This document shows positions 9,586-19,345 of a stretch of 64,000 nucleotides of DNA, one piece after another. The stretch comes from Actinomycetota bacterium. Its GTDB lineage: Bacteria; Actinomycetota; Actinomycetes; Streptosporangiales; Streptosporangiaceae. Both the position numbers and the translations under genes were made by a program. The notes beneath the pieces were generated by a model, which saw nothing but the letters and a program-made list of their open reading frames with translations, was not told where the DNA came from and ran no database searches. The DNA lies in the NCBI GenBank assembly GCA_003168255.1, contig PMSU01000071.1, positions 4,601-68,600 of the forward strand, written 5' to 3'. Numbering within the stretch: the first letter of the stretch is position 1; the number at the start of each line of letters is the position of its first letter.

Positions 9586-10493
9586 CGAACTCATCTCCCG
9601 GCGCGGCTGGGCCGGTGGCCGGAGCGGACGGGCACCCTGGCGAGGATCTGCTGGCCAGTTATGCCGCAGGGACGGCCGGGACGGTCACCGTCTGGTCGGT
9701 GGAGGCGCACCTGACCGGGTGCGCGCGCTGCCGTTCGGCCCTGTCGGCTCATGTGGACGCGGAGCGGCTGGCACACAACCGGTCCGTGCTGCTGGTGCGC
9801 GCGGCGATCGGTGACGGGAGCCGGGTGCGGCGCGTGCTGCGCCGGTGCGGGCTGCCCGACCATGTGCTTGGCCTGCTCGCAGCGACCCCGTCGTTGCGCA
9901 GATCCTGGCTGCTGTCCGTCATGGGGGTGCTGGCCGTGGTGGCAGGCGAAGCCGCAGCGGTCAGATACGGCTGGATCACGGCCGGCAGTCCCGGGCGCAT
10001 CCCCGGGTATCCGGGCCAGAATCTGGCGCCGTTCCTGCTGGTGGGCCCCTTGCTCGTGCTGGCGGGGGTGGCGGCGGCGTTCCTGCCCATGTTCGACCCT
10101 GCCTGCCGGCTGGCGGCCGCGGCCCCGTTCTCGGGATTCGCCTTGCTGCTGGCCCGTTCGGTGTCCGCGCTGGCTGCCGCGCTGGTCCCGGTGGCCGCCG
10201 CTGCGTTCCTGCTGCCTGGGCCCGGATGGCTGCCCGTCGCGCTGATGCTGCCCTCGCTGGCGTTGTCCGCGCTCGCGCTCGCGGCCGCGACCGCGCTGCC
10301 GCCTCGCGCCGCTGCCGTCATGGCCGCGATCTTGTGGACGGTGCCGGCGCTGCTGCTGGCCGTGGATGACGTTCCGCTGCTGATCGTGCAGCGCAACGCC
10401 CAGTTCGGCTGCGCCGCCACGCTATGCGCCTGTGCTGTGGTGCTGGTGGCGCGTCATGACCGCCTCGAGTCGGGATGGATGAGATGGCCCTGA
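9582..10493 (+). CDS. Membrane anti-sigma factor with zf-HC2 (ZAS) domain
   Basis: HLTGCARC motif followed by several TM helices; ATGA overlap with the sigma gene. Confidence 0.85.
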   Translation: MTNSSPGAAGPVAGADGHPGEDLLASYAAGTAGTVTVWSVEAHLTGCARCRSALSAHVDAERLAHNRSVLLVRAAIGDGSRVRRVLRRCGLPDHVLGLLAATPSLRRSWLLSVMGVLAVVAGEAAAVRYGWITAGSPGRIPGYPGQNLAPFLLVGPLLVLAGVAAAFLPMFDPACRLAAAAPFSGFALLLARSVSALAAALVPVAAAAFLLPGPGWLPVALMLPSLALSALALAAATALPPRAAAVMAAILWTVPALLLAVDDVPLLIVQRNAQFGCAATLCACAVVLVARHDRLESGWMRWP

Positions 10494-11353
10494 ACGTAAG
10501 CACCGCAGCCGTCCGCGCCGAGGGCCTGTCTCGGCGGTACGGTGCCACCCGGGCCCTGGACGGGGTCGATATCGCCCTGGAGCGGGGGATCACCGGCCTG
10601 CTCGGGCCGAACGGCGCGGGCAAGACCACGCTGCTGTCGATCCTGGCCACCGTCAACGAGCCGGACGCGGGGCGGGTGTCGGCGTTCGGCCTGGACCCGG
10701 GGCATGCGGCGGAACGCGTGGAGATCCGCCGGCGGCTCGGCTACCTGCCCCAGGAGCTGGGGTATCACCGGCACTTCACGGTCGCCGCGTTCCTTGACTA
10801 CGTGGCGATCCTGAAGGAGATCACCGACCGGCGGCGCCGCGCTGAGGAGGTGGCCAGGGTGCTGGCCGCCGTCGGCCTGGAGGACCGCGCCCGCTCCCGG
10901 ATACGGGCCCTGTCCGGCGGGATGCGGCAGCGCCTGGGGATCGCCCAGGCCCTGCTCGGCGAGCCTGACCTGCTGATCCTGGACGAGCCGACGGCCGGGC
11001 TCGACCCGGAGCAGCGGCTGCGGTTCCGGGAGCTGCTGTCCAGCCTGCCGGGCGATCCGGTGACCGTGCTGTCCACCCACCAGGCCGACGACATCGCCGC
11101 AATCTGCCCGCACGTCGTCGTGCTGCTGAAGGGGCAGATGCACTTCGCCGGAACCCCGGCCGAGCTGGCCGCCGCCGCCGCCGGGCGGGTGTGGGCGGCC
11201 GGCGAGCGCGACGACCGCGCCCACCTGTCCTGGCGTGGCGGCGACAACCGGTGGCGGCACATCGGCGACCACCCGCCGACGGGCGCCGAGCTGGTCTCGC
11301 CGACGGTCGAAGACGGTTACCTGATGCTGTCCCACACGGCAGGTGCGCGATGA
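10475..11353 (+). CDS. ABC transporter ATP-binding protein
   Basis: GPNGAGKTT, LSGGMRQR and LILDEPT motifs. Confidence 0.93.
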   Translation: MDEMALNVSTAAVRAEGLSRRYGATRALDGVDIALERGITGLLGPNGAGKTTLLSILATVNEPDAGRVSAFGLDPGHAAERVEIRRRLGYLPQELGYHRHFTVAAFLDYVAILKEITDRRRRAEEVARVLAAVGLEDRARSRIRALSGGMRQRLGIAQALLGEPDLLILDEPTAGLDPEQRLRFRELLSSLPGDPVTVLSTHQADDIAAICPHVVVLLKGQMHFAGTPAELAAAAAGRVWAAGERDDRAHLSWRGGDNRWRHIGDHPPTGAELVSPTVEDGYLMLSHTAGAR

Positions 11354-13113
11354 CCACCACCGGGGGTGGACCCGCGCTCCCCGGCGCGGGAACTGCCGCC
11401 CTTGCCGATGGCCACGCCCCGGCAAGCCTCACCGCACGCTCCAGGGATGTGCGGCTGCGGACGGTGCTGGGCCTGGCCAGGGTGGAGGCGTCGCTGCTGG
11501 CCCGCAGCCTGCTGGCGCTGGCCGGTGTGATCGCTGGCGGTGCCGTTGTCTGGGTGCTGATCGCGACGATGCAACCGCTGTGGTGGAGCGCCGACTGGCG
11601 GATCGGCGCCGGGCAGCTCATCCTCGGCATGACCGTCCTGGCCGCCGCTCAGCTCGCTGCCGGGCGGGCGCGGCGGGATTCCATGACCGACCTGTACGCC
11701 AGCTTCCCGGCCACGGCCGGCACCCGCACCCTCGGTTACCTGGTCGGCCTGGCGGGTGCGGTACCCGCCAGCCTGGTGCTGCTCGGCGCCGGTGCCGTGG
11801 TGGTGCAGGCCCGTGGCGCCATCGGCTCCCCGAGCGTCACGGTGCTGGCGGCCGGGGTGGTGCTGGTGATCGCCGCCGGAGCGGTCGGGGCCGCGATCGG
11901 GACGCGATTCGCGCATCCGCTGGCCGGGGTGATTGGTGCCCTGTTGATGTTCCTTCCCGAGGCGACGTCCCACCTGTCCTCGGGAGCAGGCTTGTGGCTG
12001 ATCCCGTGGGACATCTTGCTGAACCAGCTTGGGAACCTGCCTGGCCCGCTGGCCGGGTATCCACCCGCCGTCGGTCACCTGCTGGAACTGGCCGGCGTCG
12101 CCCTGCTCGCCGGGGTTGTGGCGCTGGCGATGACCGTCCGCGGTGCCTGGGCCCGGGGAGGGTTGGTCGTGGCCGGCGTCGTGGCCGTGCCGGTGATCGC
12201 GTTCGCGGTGGTGGCCCAACTGTCACCCATCCCCACCACCGAGCTGAACCACCTGGTAACCGAGATCGCCGACCCGGCCTCGGTGCAGCACTGCACCACT
12301 GCCAACCACGTCCGGTACTGCCTCTACCCCGGCTTCGGGCGGGACCTGCCATCGCTGGAGGCTCCGGTCGACGGGGTGCTCGCACGGGTGCCCGCCCGGC
12401 CCGGCCAAGCGCTCACGGTCGGGCAGATCGTGGCGCCGCAAAATATCACCAATGAGTACCTCTTCTATGGCCATTCGCAGCAGCAGGTCACCCAGTGGAA
12501 CGCGCAGATAATGAGGGAGCCAGCCAGCGCTCCCTCGGCGTCGGCGTTCTACCTTTCTGTCGGGCGGTGGCCTGCAGACGGCGGACGGCTGGCTGACGCG
12601 CATTTCAACGTGGCCCTGACCGCCGCCGAATGGGCGGTCCGGCTGCTATCTCCCGACACTCTCCCCACGGAACAGCCGTGTGTACCAGTCGATCAGGCGC
12701 GGGAACCGATCGCGATCTGGCTGGCCATCCTGGCCACCCACCCGCCGGCGAGCGGACTCCAGAACGACGGGGGTATGACAGCGGTGGAGGTCCACAACAC
12801 CCTGGTCCCGACCTGGACCAATGCCGGTGGGCCGGTAGGTCAGATCACCGGATCCGCGCCGCAGCTTACCGATGCTGGGTACCTGCTGGCCAAGGCCATG
12901 ACGAGTCTGCCCGAGCAGAAAGTCAGCCAGGCGCTGCGGGGCGCATGGGCCACCTGGCTGAACGAGCACACCACCGACGCCCAGCTCGCCGCAGCGCTCG
13001 GCATCCGGATGCCCAGCGTCCCGCAGCCGCCATTGGCCGGGCCGGGTTCCGGGCAGCCGGGCTTGAAGACCGTGGGTCAGCCGGGACCGCAAAGCCGCGC
13101 GTGCACAAGCTGA
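11350..13113 (+). CDS. ABC permease-like membrane protein with a C-terminal extracytoplasmic domain
   Basis: ATGA-coupled to the ATPase; about 8 TM segments, then a soluble domain with paired Cys (C....VRYCLYPG). Confidence 0.7.
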   Translation: MTTTGGGPALPGAGTAALADGHAPASLTARSRDVRLRTVLGLARVEASLLARSLLALAGVIAGGAVVWVLIATMQPLWWSADWRIGAGQLILGMTVLAAAQLAAGRARRDSMTDLYASFPATAGTRTLGYLVGLAGAVPASLVLLGAGAVVVQARGAIGSPSVTVLAAGVVLVIAAGAVGAAIGTRFAHPLAGVIGALLMFLPEATSHLSSGAGLWLIPWDILLNQLGNLPGPLAGYPPAVGHLLELAGVALLAGVVALAMTVRGAWARGGLVVAGVVAVPVIAFAVVAQLSPIPTTELNHLVTEIADPASVQHCTTANHVRYCLYPGFGRDLPSLEAPVDGVLARVPARPGQALTVGQIVAPQNITNEYLFYGHSQQQVTQWNAQIMREPASAPSASAFYLSVGRWPADGGRLADAHFNVALTAAEWAVRLLSPDTLPTEQPCVPVDQAREPIAIWLAILATHPPASGLQNDGGMTAVEVHNTLVPTWTNAGGPVGQITGSAPQLTDAGYLLAKAMTSLPEQKVSQALRGAWATWLNEHTTDAQLAAALGIRMPSVPQPPLAGPGSGQPGLKTVGQPGPQSRACTS

Positions 13114-13166
13114 GCGCGGCCCGCAATCACCCACCAACCACGCAAACCCATCCGGAGGTGCCAACC

Positions 13167-13934
13167 GTGCGGTCCGCCAACATCCCGCATACCGAGGGCG
13201 CGCCGCCGCCGCCCAGCCTGCCAATCCAGCGCACACGGCGGCCGCGCATGTCCTGGCTGCGCACGCTGCCCCTCCTCGCCCGGCACATCGCCCGGTCGAT
13301 GCCGTGGGTCACGCTGGTCAGCGGCTGCCTGGTCGGCACCGCCGTCCTCGCCCTCATGGCCCAGAACGCCCGGAACTCGCAGGTGCCACTTGACCACAGC
13401 GCGGTGCACATCGCCTTCCTGCCCGCCGTCGCGGTGCTGGCGTTCGTCTTGAACGCCCCGTTCCGTCCGCTCACCCAGGCGACCCCCGTCCCGGCCTGGG
13501 TGACCCCGGCCGGCTACCTGCTGCTGGCGACCCCCGTCCTGGCCGCGGCTTGCTGGGTGCAACTGCGCCTCGTGGACTACAGCCTCCCGGCGGGCTCCGT
13601 TGCCCACGCACCCGCCGTCTACCCGCTGATAGCCCTGCTCACCGGGTGGTGCGCGGTCACCGTGGCGATCGCCGCCTGCGCCCAGCGCTCCCGCTACGCC
13701 AACCTCGGCGGGGCCATCGCCGCCCCCATCAGCTTCGCGGCCATCACGCTCTCCTGGTTTCTGCCCGCCACCGGAAAGTGGCTGAACGAACCGCCCGAAC
13801 CGCCCGCCACCATGCACGGCGTGACCATCACCTGGTACGCCATTGCCGCGGCCGCATTGGTCGTGACCTATGTGGCGATGCGGGATCAGTGGTATCGCTA
13901 CGCACGCGTACTGCGCCGGTCACATTCCGGGTAA
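13167..13934 (+). CDS. ABC-associated membrane protein
   Basis: GGAGGT RBS before GTG 13167; about 6 TM segments; last gene of the ECF-ABC operon. Confidence 0.7.
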   Translation: MRSANIPHTEGAPPPPSLPIQRTRRPRMSWLRTLPLLARHIARSMPWVTLVSGCLVGTAVLALMAQNARNSQVPLDHSAVHIAFLPAVAVLAFVLNAPFRPLTQATPVPAWVTPAGYLLLATPVLAAACWVQLRLVDYSLPAGSVAHAPAVYPLIALLTGWCAVTVAIAACAQRSRYANLGGAIAAPISFAAITLSWFLPATGKWLNEPPEPPATMHGVTITWYAIAAAALVVTYVAMRDQWYRYARVLRRSHSG

Positions 13935-13949
13935 TCCCGGAAATATTTC

Positions 13950-14070
13950 TGTGATGCCGGCCAGCCCGCCGATCAGGTCGGTGCCCTGGTCGGCAATCAC
14001 CAGGTTCCCGCGCCGTCCACCGCGATACTGTCTGGGTCGCGCAGCTCTGCGCTGGTTCCTGGGCTGAGGG
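13950..14070 (-). pseudogene. NHL-repeat gene remnant
   Basis: SAELRDPDSIAVDGA, then after a frameshift GNLVIADQG: one NHL unit. Confidence 0.5.
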
Positions 14071-14183
14071 CGGTTTGATCTGGTTTCGCGTGCGGAAGGC
14101 TCGGGGGAGTCGCTTTCGCACTTGCCCGGTTTCTAGGGCCGGTTCCAGAACTGGAGCCAGACAATCGACAGGGGCAGGAACTG

Positions 14184-14771
14184 ATGGCATCTAACAACTT
14201 AGGCCGCTCAGTGCTGGCGATGCTGGTGGTCACCGTCACTGCGGGAGTGATGGGTACCGGTTCTGGTGCTGCCACGGCTTGGGCAGCACCAGGAAGCGCC
14301 GGCGATCCTGTCAGTCCTTCAGCGGGGACGATTAAGGCGGGTACATCGATCGGCACGGTAGGCGATCCGCTGCAGGGCGACACCCTCTACAAGGGGAAGA
14401 TAGCCACTACCAGTACTGACGCCTGGTACCAGCTGTACAAGGCCGCCGGCAGCGGAACCGCAACCATCCACTTCAAGGACACCACCGTCGCCGGCTCGGC
14501 GACCTGCCCCGACATAGCTATCCATGTTGACAATGCTGACGGAACCGACGGGAATGTCGATTCCACCTCGCTGGGCGACAACGACGCGGTCACCTTCTCG
14601 GTGACCACCGCGGGCCAGTACTACATCGAGCTTGACAGCTACAACTGCGGGACAGGCAACGCCGGCGCCACCTACAGCATCGAGCCCGAGCCCAGCTCTG
14701 AATGGACAGCTGCTCCGGTCCCCAGTGGTGGGCGAGGTTCACGGGGGAGGGCCGTGCCCGGCCGCTCTTGA
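14184..14771 (+). CDS. Secreted hypothetical protein (PPC-like beta domain; possibly truncated)
   Basis: Signal-peptide-like N-terminus; DAWY, AGQYYIEL and ATYSI segments typical of PPC-like modules; low-complexity C-terminus. Confidence 0.55.
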   Translation: MASNNLGRSVLAMLVVTVTAGVMGTGSGAATAWAAPGSAGDPVSPSAGTIKAGTSIGTVGDPLQGDTLYKGKIATTSTDAWYQLYKAAGSGTATIHFKDTTVAGSATCPDIAIHVDNADGTDGNVDSTSLGDNDAVTFSVTTAGQYYIELDSYNCGTGNAGATYSIEPEPSSEWTAAPVPSGGRGSRGRAVPGRS

Positions 14772-14928
14772 TCGAGGAACTTGGCTGTTCATGCGGCCAT
14801 CGGTGAACAGTAGATCGGCGTCGATCTCTGGACGGGTGGGGCCGAGAGGAATATCTGGGACAGGTGGGGCAGATAGCGACTGCTCGGCGCGCAAGTCGGG
14901 ACGCGCAGAAGCCTAGGTCAGGGTATAA

Positions 14929-14968
14929 ATGTGAAATTACCTACCACCGATGGTAGGTAATTTCACAT
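14929..14968. repeat. 40-bp perfect palindrome, copy A of a REP-like family
   Basis: ATGTGAAATTACCTACCA-CCGA-TGGTAGGTAATTTCACAT (18-bp arms). Confidence 0.9.
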
Positions 14969-14976
14969 CCATCGCG

Positions 14977-15026
14977 GCCCGGCCGGGGCCCGGCTCCGCC
15001 GTAGCCCGGCCGGGGCCCGGCTCCGC
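14977..15026. repeat. Direct repeat, 2 x 23 bp
   Basis: GCCCGGCCGGGGCCCGGCTCCGC at 14977 and 15004. Confidence 0.8.
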
Positions 15027-15167
15027 TGGAGTGAGCCGAAACCGCCGTCGGTGGCAGTGCCCGCGGCCCGCCCGGATCTGCCGTTCGCGCGTCCCGTCCC
15101 GCCCGCCCCGGAAGCCAGCCCCCTCGCCGCGGGGCGCTGCCCGGCCGGTGGGGGGGCTCGCGGGGCG

Positions 15168-16994
15168 CTATTCGACGGTAACGCTCTTGGCTAGGTTGCG
15201 GGGCTTGTCGATGTCCCGGCCGAGGGTTAGCGCGACGTGGTAGGCGAACAGTTGCAGCGGCAGGGTCAGCAGGATGGGGTTCAGCTCCAGCTCGGTACGC
15301 GGTACCCGGATCACGGCGTCGGCCAGGCCGTCGGGCAGGTCGGCGCTGGTGACCGCGATGACGGGGCCGCCCCTGGCCTTGATCTCCTCGACGGTCGCGA
15401 TGTTCTTGGCCACGAGTTCGTCGCCGGGGATGACCGCGACGGTCGGCATGCTCTTGTCGATCAGGGCGAGCGGGCCGTGCTTGAGCTCTGATGCCTGGTA
15501 GGCCTCGGCGTGCAGGTAAGAGATCTCCTTCAGCTTCTGCGCTCCCTCGCGGGCGACCGGCCAGCCGCGGACCCGGCCGGTAAAGAACATGTGCTGCGCG
15601 TCGGCGTAGCGCTTGGCCACCTCGGCGATCTCCGGCTCGGCGTCAAGTACCTCGGCGATCTGGCCGGGCAGGGCGCGCAGGCCTTCCACGATCCGCTGGC
15701 CATCGGCGAAGGACAGGTCGCGGACCCGGCCGAAGAGCAGGCCGAGCATGGCGAAGGACACTGCCATGTTGGTGACCGCCTTGGTGGACGCCACCGCCAC
15801 CTCGGGGCCGGCGTGCAGGAAGATGCCGTTGCCGCAGGCGCGGGCGAGCGCGCTGCCAACCACGTTGACTACGCCGAGCAGCCTGCCTCCCTTGCGCTCG
15901 AGTTCACGGACCGCGGCAAGCGTGTCGAGCGTCTCGCCGGACTGGCTGACCGCGATGAACAGCGTGTCGGAGTCGATGACCGGGTTGCGGTAGCGGAATT
16001 CGGACGCGGGCTCGGCGTCGGCGGGCAGCCTGGCCAGTTCTTCCATCAGGCCCGCGCCCAGCTGCGCCGCGTAGTAGGCCGATCCGCAGCCGAGGAACTT
16101 CACCCGGCGGATCGCGTGCACGTCCCTGGCGGTGACCTCGATCCCGCCGAGCCTGGCGGTGGCGAACTGGTCGTCGAGCCTGCCGAGCAGCGCCCGGCTG
16201 ACCGCGGCCGGCTGCTCATGAATCTCCTTGTGCATGAAGTCGGACCAGTTGCCGAGGTCGTAGTCCTCGGCGGTCAACTCCACCGTGGTGGGTTCCTTGT
16301 CGATGGTCCGCGCATCGCGGGTGCTGGTCCGGAAGTCCGTCGCGGTGAGCGTCGCCAGCTCGCCGTCCTCGAGGTAGACGACCCGCTGCGTGTGCCGGAC
16401 CAGCGCGGCCACATCGGAGGCCACCAGCGTCTCGTCCTCGCCGACGCCGATGACCAGCGGGCTGCCGTTGCGCGCGGCCACCAGCTCGCCGGGCTTGCGG
16501 GCGTCAAGGACGACAAGGCCGTACGCTCCCTCCACCCGCCGCAAGGTGGTGCGGACCGCGTCCTCGAGGGAGGCTGCGCCGGCCGCGAGCGCGGCCGCGA
16601 TCAGGTGCGCGAGAGCCTCGGTGTCGGTATCGGACGTGAACGTGACGCCGTTGGCGGTGAGCTCGGCTCTGAGCCGTTCGGAATTCTCGATTATCCCGTT
16701 GTGCACGACGGCGATGCGGCCGCTGGTATCGGTGTGCGGGTGGGCGTTGGCGTCGGTCGGCTCACCGTGCGTTGCCCACCGGGTGTGCGCGATGCCCGAG
16801 GTGGCCTGCGTCGGCGTTCCGACGAGATCCCGCAGGCCGGCTACCCGGACCGCCGCCTTGGTGACCCGGAGCCTGCCGCGGTGTGCCACGGCCAGGCCGG
16901 CCGAGTCGTAGCCGCGGTACTCGAGCCTGCGTAGCCCTTCGAGCAGGATGGGGGTGGCCTCGCGATGCCCGACGTAGCCGACGATCCCGCACAT
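15168..16994 (-). CDS. glmS: Glutamine-fructose-6-phosphate transaminase
   Basis: MCGIVG N-terminus; LEYRGYDSAG, HTRWATHG, SQSGET; C-terminal KPRNLAKSVTVE. Confidence 0.96.
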   Translation of the reverse strand: MCGIVGYVGHREATPILLEGLRRLEYRGYDSAGLAVAHRGRLRVTKAAVRVAGLRDLVGTPTQATSGIAHTRWATHGEPTDANAHPHTDTSGRIAVVHNGIIENSERLRAELTANGVTFTSDTDTEALAHLIAAALAAGAASLEDAVRTTLRRVEGAYGLVVLDARKPGELVAARNGSPLVIGVGEDETLVASDVAALVRHTQRVVYLEDGELATLTATDFRTSTRDARTIDKEPTTVELTAEDYDLGNWSDFMHKEIHEQPAAVSRALLGRLDDQFATARLGGIEVTARDVHAIRRVKFLGCGSAYYAAQLGAGLMEELARLPADAEPASEFRYRNPVIDSDTLFIAVSQSGETLDTLAAVRELERKGGRLLGVVNVVGSALARACGNGIFLHAGPEVAVASTKAVTNMAVSFAMLGLLFGRVRDLSFADGQRIVEGLRALPGQIAEVLDAEPEIAEVAKRYADAQHMFFTGRVRGWPVAREGAQKLKEISYLHAEAYQASELKHGPLALIDKSMPTVAVIPGDELVAKNIATVEEIKARGGPVIAVTSADLPDGLADAVIRVPRTELELNPILLTLPLQLFAYHVALTLGRDIDKPRNLAKSVTVE

Positions 16995-17025
16995 GAGCGG
17001 TTCCTCCTGTTGTTGTTGCTGGGGG

Positions 17026-17292
17026 TTAGCCGTAGACCATCCTGCGGAGCTGGCGCTCGGAGGCACGGGGCGCGGCCACCGGGCGGCCGGCCAGCTCGGT
17101 GGCGATGAGCGCCCAGATCTCGTCGTTGCGGTAGTGCCGGTGCAGCTCGGCGTGCCGCCTGCGGACGAACTGCTCGGTGGTCTCCGCGAAGTAGCCGATC
17201 ACATCGCTGATGACCCGGGCGGCGGTCGGCGGCGGCAGCCCGGTGGAGGCGACCACGTGCCGGACGAGATCCTGCGGCGCAGGGGAGCTCAC
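17026..17292 (-). CDS. Small hypothetical protein upstream of glmS
   Basis: 88-aa ORF with GC-type codon usage, 31 bp upstream of glmS, ending SERQLRRMVYG. Confidence 0.75.
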   Translation of the reverse strand: MSSPAPQDLVRHVVASTGLPPPTAARVISDVIGYFAETTEQFVRRRHAELHRHYRNDEIWALIATELAGRPVAAPRASERQLRRMVYG

Positions 17293-17334
17293 GTCAGGTG
17301 AGCGTGCCAGAAGCCACCTAGTTGGTCAAGAAAT

Positions 17335-17352
17335 CTGCCCGAGATCGGGCAG
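17335..17352. promoter_or_regulatory. Operator-like palindrome upstream of the hyp-glmS unit
   Basis: CTGCCCGA-GA-TCGGGCAG flanked by AT-rich bases. Confidence 0.5.
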
Positions 17353-17389
17353 GAATGCCGATAATAGCCCTTCGTTTCGAACGGCGGTG

Positions 17390-18421
17390 TCAGGAACAGC
17401 CGGAAATGTGCCCCTGATCGGTCGGCGGCAGCGAGCGGCAGTCGGGCAGGGCCGGCAGGTCTTCGCTAGCGAGCAGGCTGAAGACGAGTATCGCGTTACC
17501 CGGAGTTGCTGCCTGCCAGGCGATCACATGCTGCGCCCCGCCGACATTGTGCAGCGTCGCGCGGGTGAGCAGCCGGGAGAACGGCTCGTCCCGGGTGAGC
17601 GACATGCCGCCGCCCAGCAGGGCCTTCCTGAGGTTGGCCTGGTAGGTGCTGGCAGCGGCGGCGGACGGCCAGGAGACGCAGGCCACGGCTCGGGGGGCCG
17701 CGGTGTTGCTCGCCGGGCTGCGGATGCCGACGGCGACCTCGGCGGGCGCAGGCTGCTCGCCGCCGTTGTAGATCCCGATCGAGGCGGCCACCACGTTGCC
17801 GAGGCAGTCGGCCAGGGCGCTGATCCTCGGGTCCTGGGCCAGCGTCTGCCCGGATGGCTGGCCGATCTGGCTCAGGTCCGCTTGGCTGTCGCCGTAGCTG
17901 ACGTCTGCGCCGCTGACCATCACCTGCGCCAGGTGCAGGGTGTAGCTGGGGCCGGCCGCGGTGCTTCCCCTGACCGACCCGGCCGGCGGCGCGACGAGCT
18001 TGCCGCCGGCGGGCTTCCAGCCGAGCCTGGACAGGCCGCTCTTTATCCGCCCGGCGTCCTGGCCGCCCTCGACCAGGCCGACCTCACGCGGCGGCTGGCC
18101 GGCCGAGATCGCGTAGTCCTCGTTGAGCAAGTTGATGCCGGGACCGGCGGGAAGCAGCTCCGCCTCCGGTGCGAGGTTGAACGCGCCCATGCCCCGCAGC
18201 AGGGCGAAGCCGGTCTGGCTGGCCCAGGCGCGGCCCGCCAGCTTCACCAGCGCGGCTGTGTCGTCGTACCAGATCTGGGTGCGGGTATTGGCAGTGTCGC
18301 TGACCCGCCCCAGCGCCGCCTGGAGGCTGTTCCCGCCGCCGGATCCGCTCGAGCACGCGGTGGTCAGGGTGAGCAGGATGATCGCGCCTGCCGCTACGGA
18401 CAGCATTCGTCGAGGAGGCAC
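17390..18421 (-). CDS. Hypothetical lipoprotein
   Basis: Hydrophobic signal followed by the lipobox TTAC-SS. Confidence 0.7.
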   Translation of the reverse strand: MPPRRMLSVAAGAIILLTLTTACSSGSGGGNSLQAALGRVSDTANTRTQIWYDDTAALVKLAGRAWASQTGFALLRGMGAFNLAPEAELLPAGPGINLLNEDYAISAGQPPREVGLVEGGQDAGRIKSGLSRLGWKPAGGKLVAPPAGSVRGSTAAGPSYTLHLAQVMVSGADVSYGDSQADLSQIGQPSGQTLAQDPRISALADCLGNVVAASIGIYNGGEQPAPAEVAVGIRSPASNTAAPRAVACVSWPSAAAASTYQANLRKALLGGGMSLTRDEPFSRLLTRATLHNVGGAQHVIAWQAATPGNAILVFSLLASEDLPALPDCRSLPPTDQGHISGCS

Positions 18422-18554
18422 AGCGCGACTGTACCCAACCGTCGCGGGGGCAGTCGCCGCTGTCTCAGAGCCCGCACAGAAGGAAAGTCCAGCCGGCTGA
18501 GAGGCTAGGCAGCCACGATCGAGTCTCGCCTGCTAGAGCGTTGGGGGAGTTCCT

Positions 18555-19271
18555 GTGCCTGAGGGAAAGCGTCACTGGCTGCGCTGGCTGATCGGCGCCA
18601 TCGTCGTGCTGGTCGTGGCGGGCGTGGCCGGGCCGTTCATCTATATCCATTTCGTGGAAGGCAGTGCGCCTGCCCCGTTCCGGCTGCACCCGGCGGCCGG
18701 CGCGAGCAAGGGCTCGGGCACGCCTTCGACGTCATCCGATAGCGGATCCGTGGCCGGCACCTGGGCCATCGCGTCCGGTTCCCAGGCGGGTTACCGGGTG
18801 CAGGAGGTGCTGTTTGGCCAGCAGCACACCGCCGTCGGCCGCAGCAGCGACGTCACCGGGCACCTGACCATCGCCGGCACGTCCGTGACGGCCGCCACCT
18901 TCACCGTGCAGATGGACACGATAAAGAGCGACTCCAGCGAGCGGGACGCTCAGTTCAACGGGCGCATCATGGACACCGCCACATATCCGACCGGCACCTT
19001 CACGCTGACCAGCCCGATCAGCCTGGCGTCGCTGCCGGCCACCGGGGTGGTCCGGAGTTACACCGCGCACGGCACCCTTGCGCTGCACGGCAATTCCCGG
19101 CCGGTGAAGTTCACGCTGTCGGCCGAGCGCACCGCCAGCGGGATCGAGGTCTCCGGGTCGATCCCGGTCGCGTTCGCGACCTGGGACATCCCTAATCCCA
19201 GTTTCGCGAGCGTGGTCACCACCCAGAACCACGGCCTGCTGGAGTTCCTGCTCACGCTGCGCAAATCCTGA
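18555..19271 (+). CDS. YceI-family protein with an N-terminal TM anchor
   Basis: GTWAI..GSQAGYRVQE, SD...RD, T..YP..TF and GTL.LHG motifs. Confidence 0.88.
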   Translation: MPEGKRHWLRWLIGAIVVLVVAGVAGPFIYIHFVEGSAPAPFRLHPAAGASKGSGTPSTSSDSGSVAGTWAIASGSQAGYRVQEVLFGQQHTAVGRSSDVTGHLTIAGTSVTAATFTVQMDTIKSDSSERDAQFNGRIMDTATYPTGTFTLTSPISLASLPATGVVRSYTAHGTLALHGNSRPVKFTLSAERTASGIEVSGSIPVAFATWDIPNPSFASVVTTQNHGLLEFLLTLRKS

Positions 19272-19345
19272 CACCAGCGGCGGCGGTGCGGGCGCCGCGC
19301 GCGATCGTGTTGCGGCCGGGGATTGATTTACGTCATACTGATGTT

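Noticed and set aside
16995..17390. glmS ribozyme
   Set aside because: No recognisable ribozyme core; the space is filled by a small CDS.
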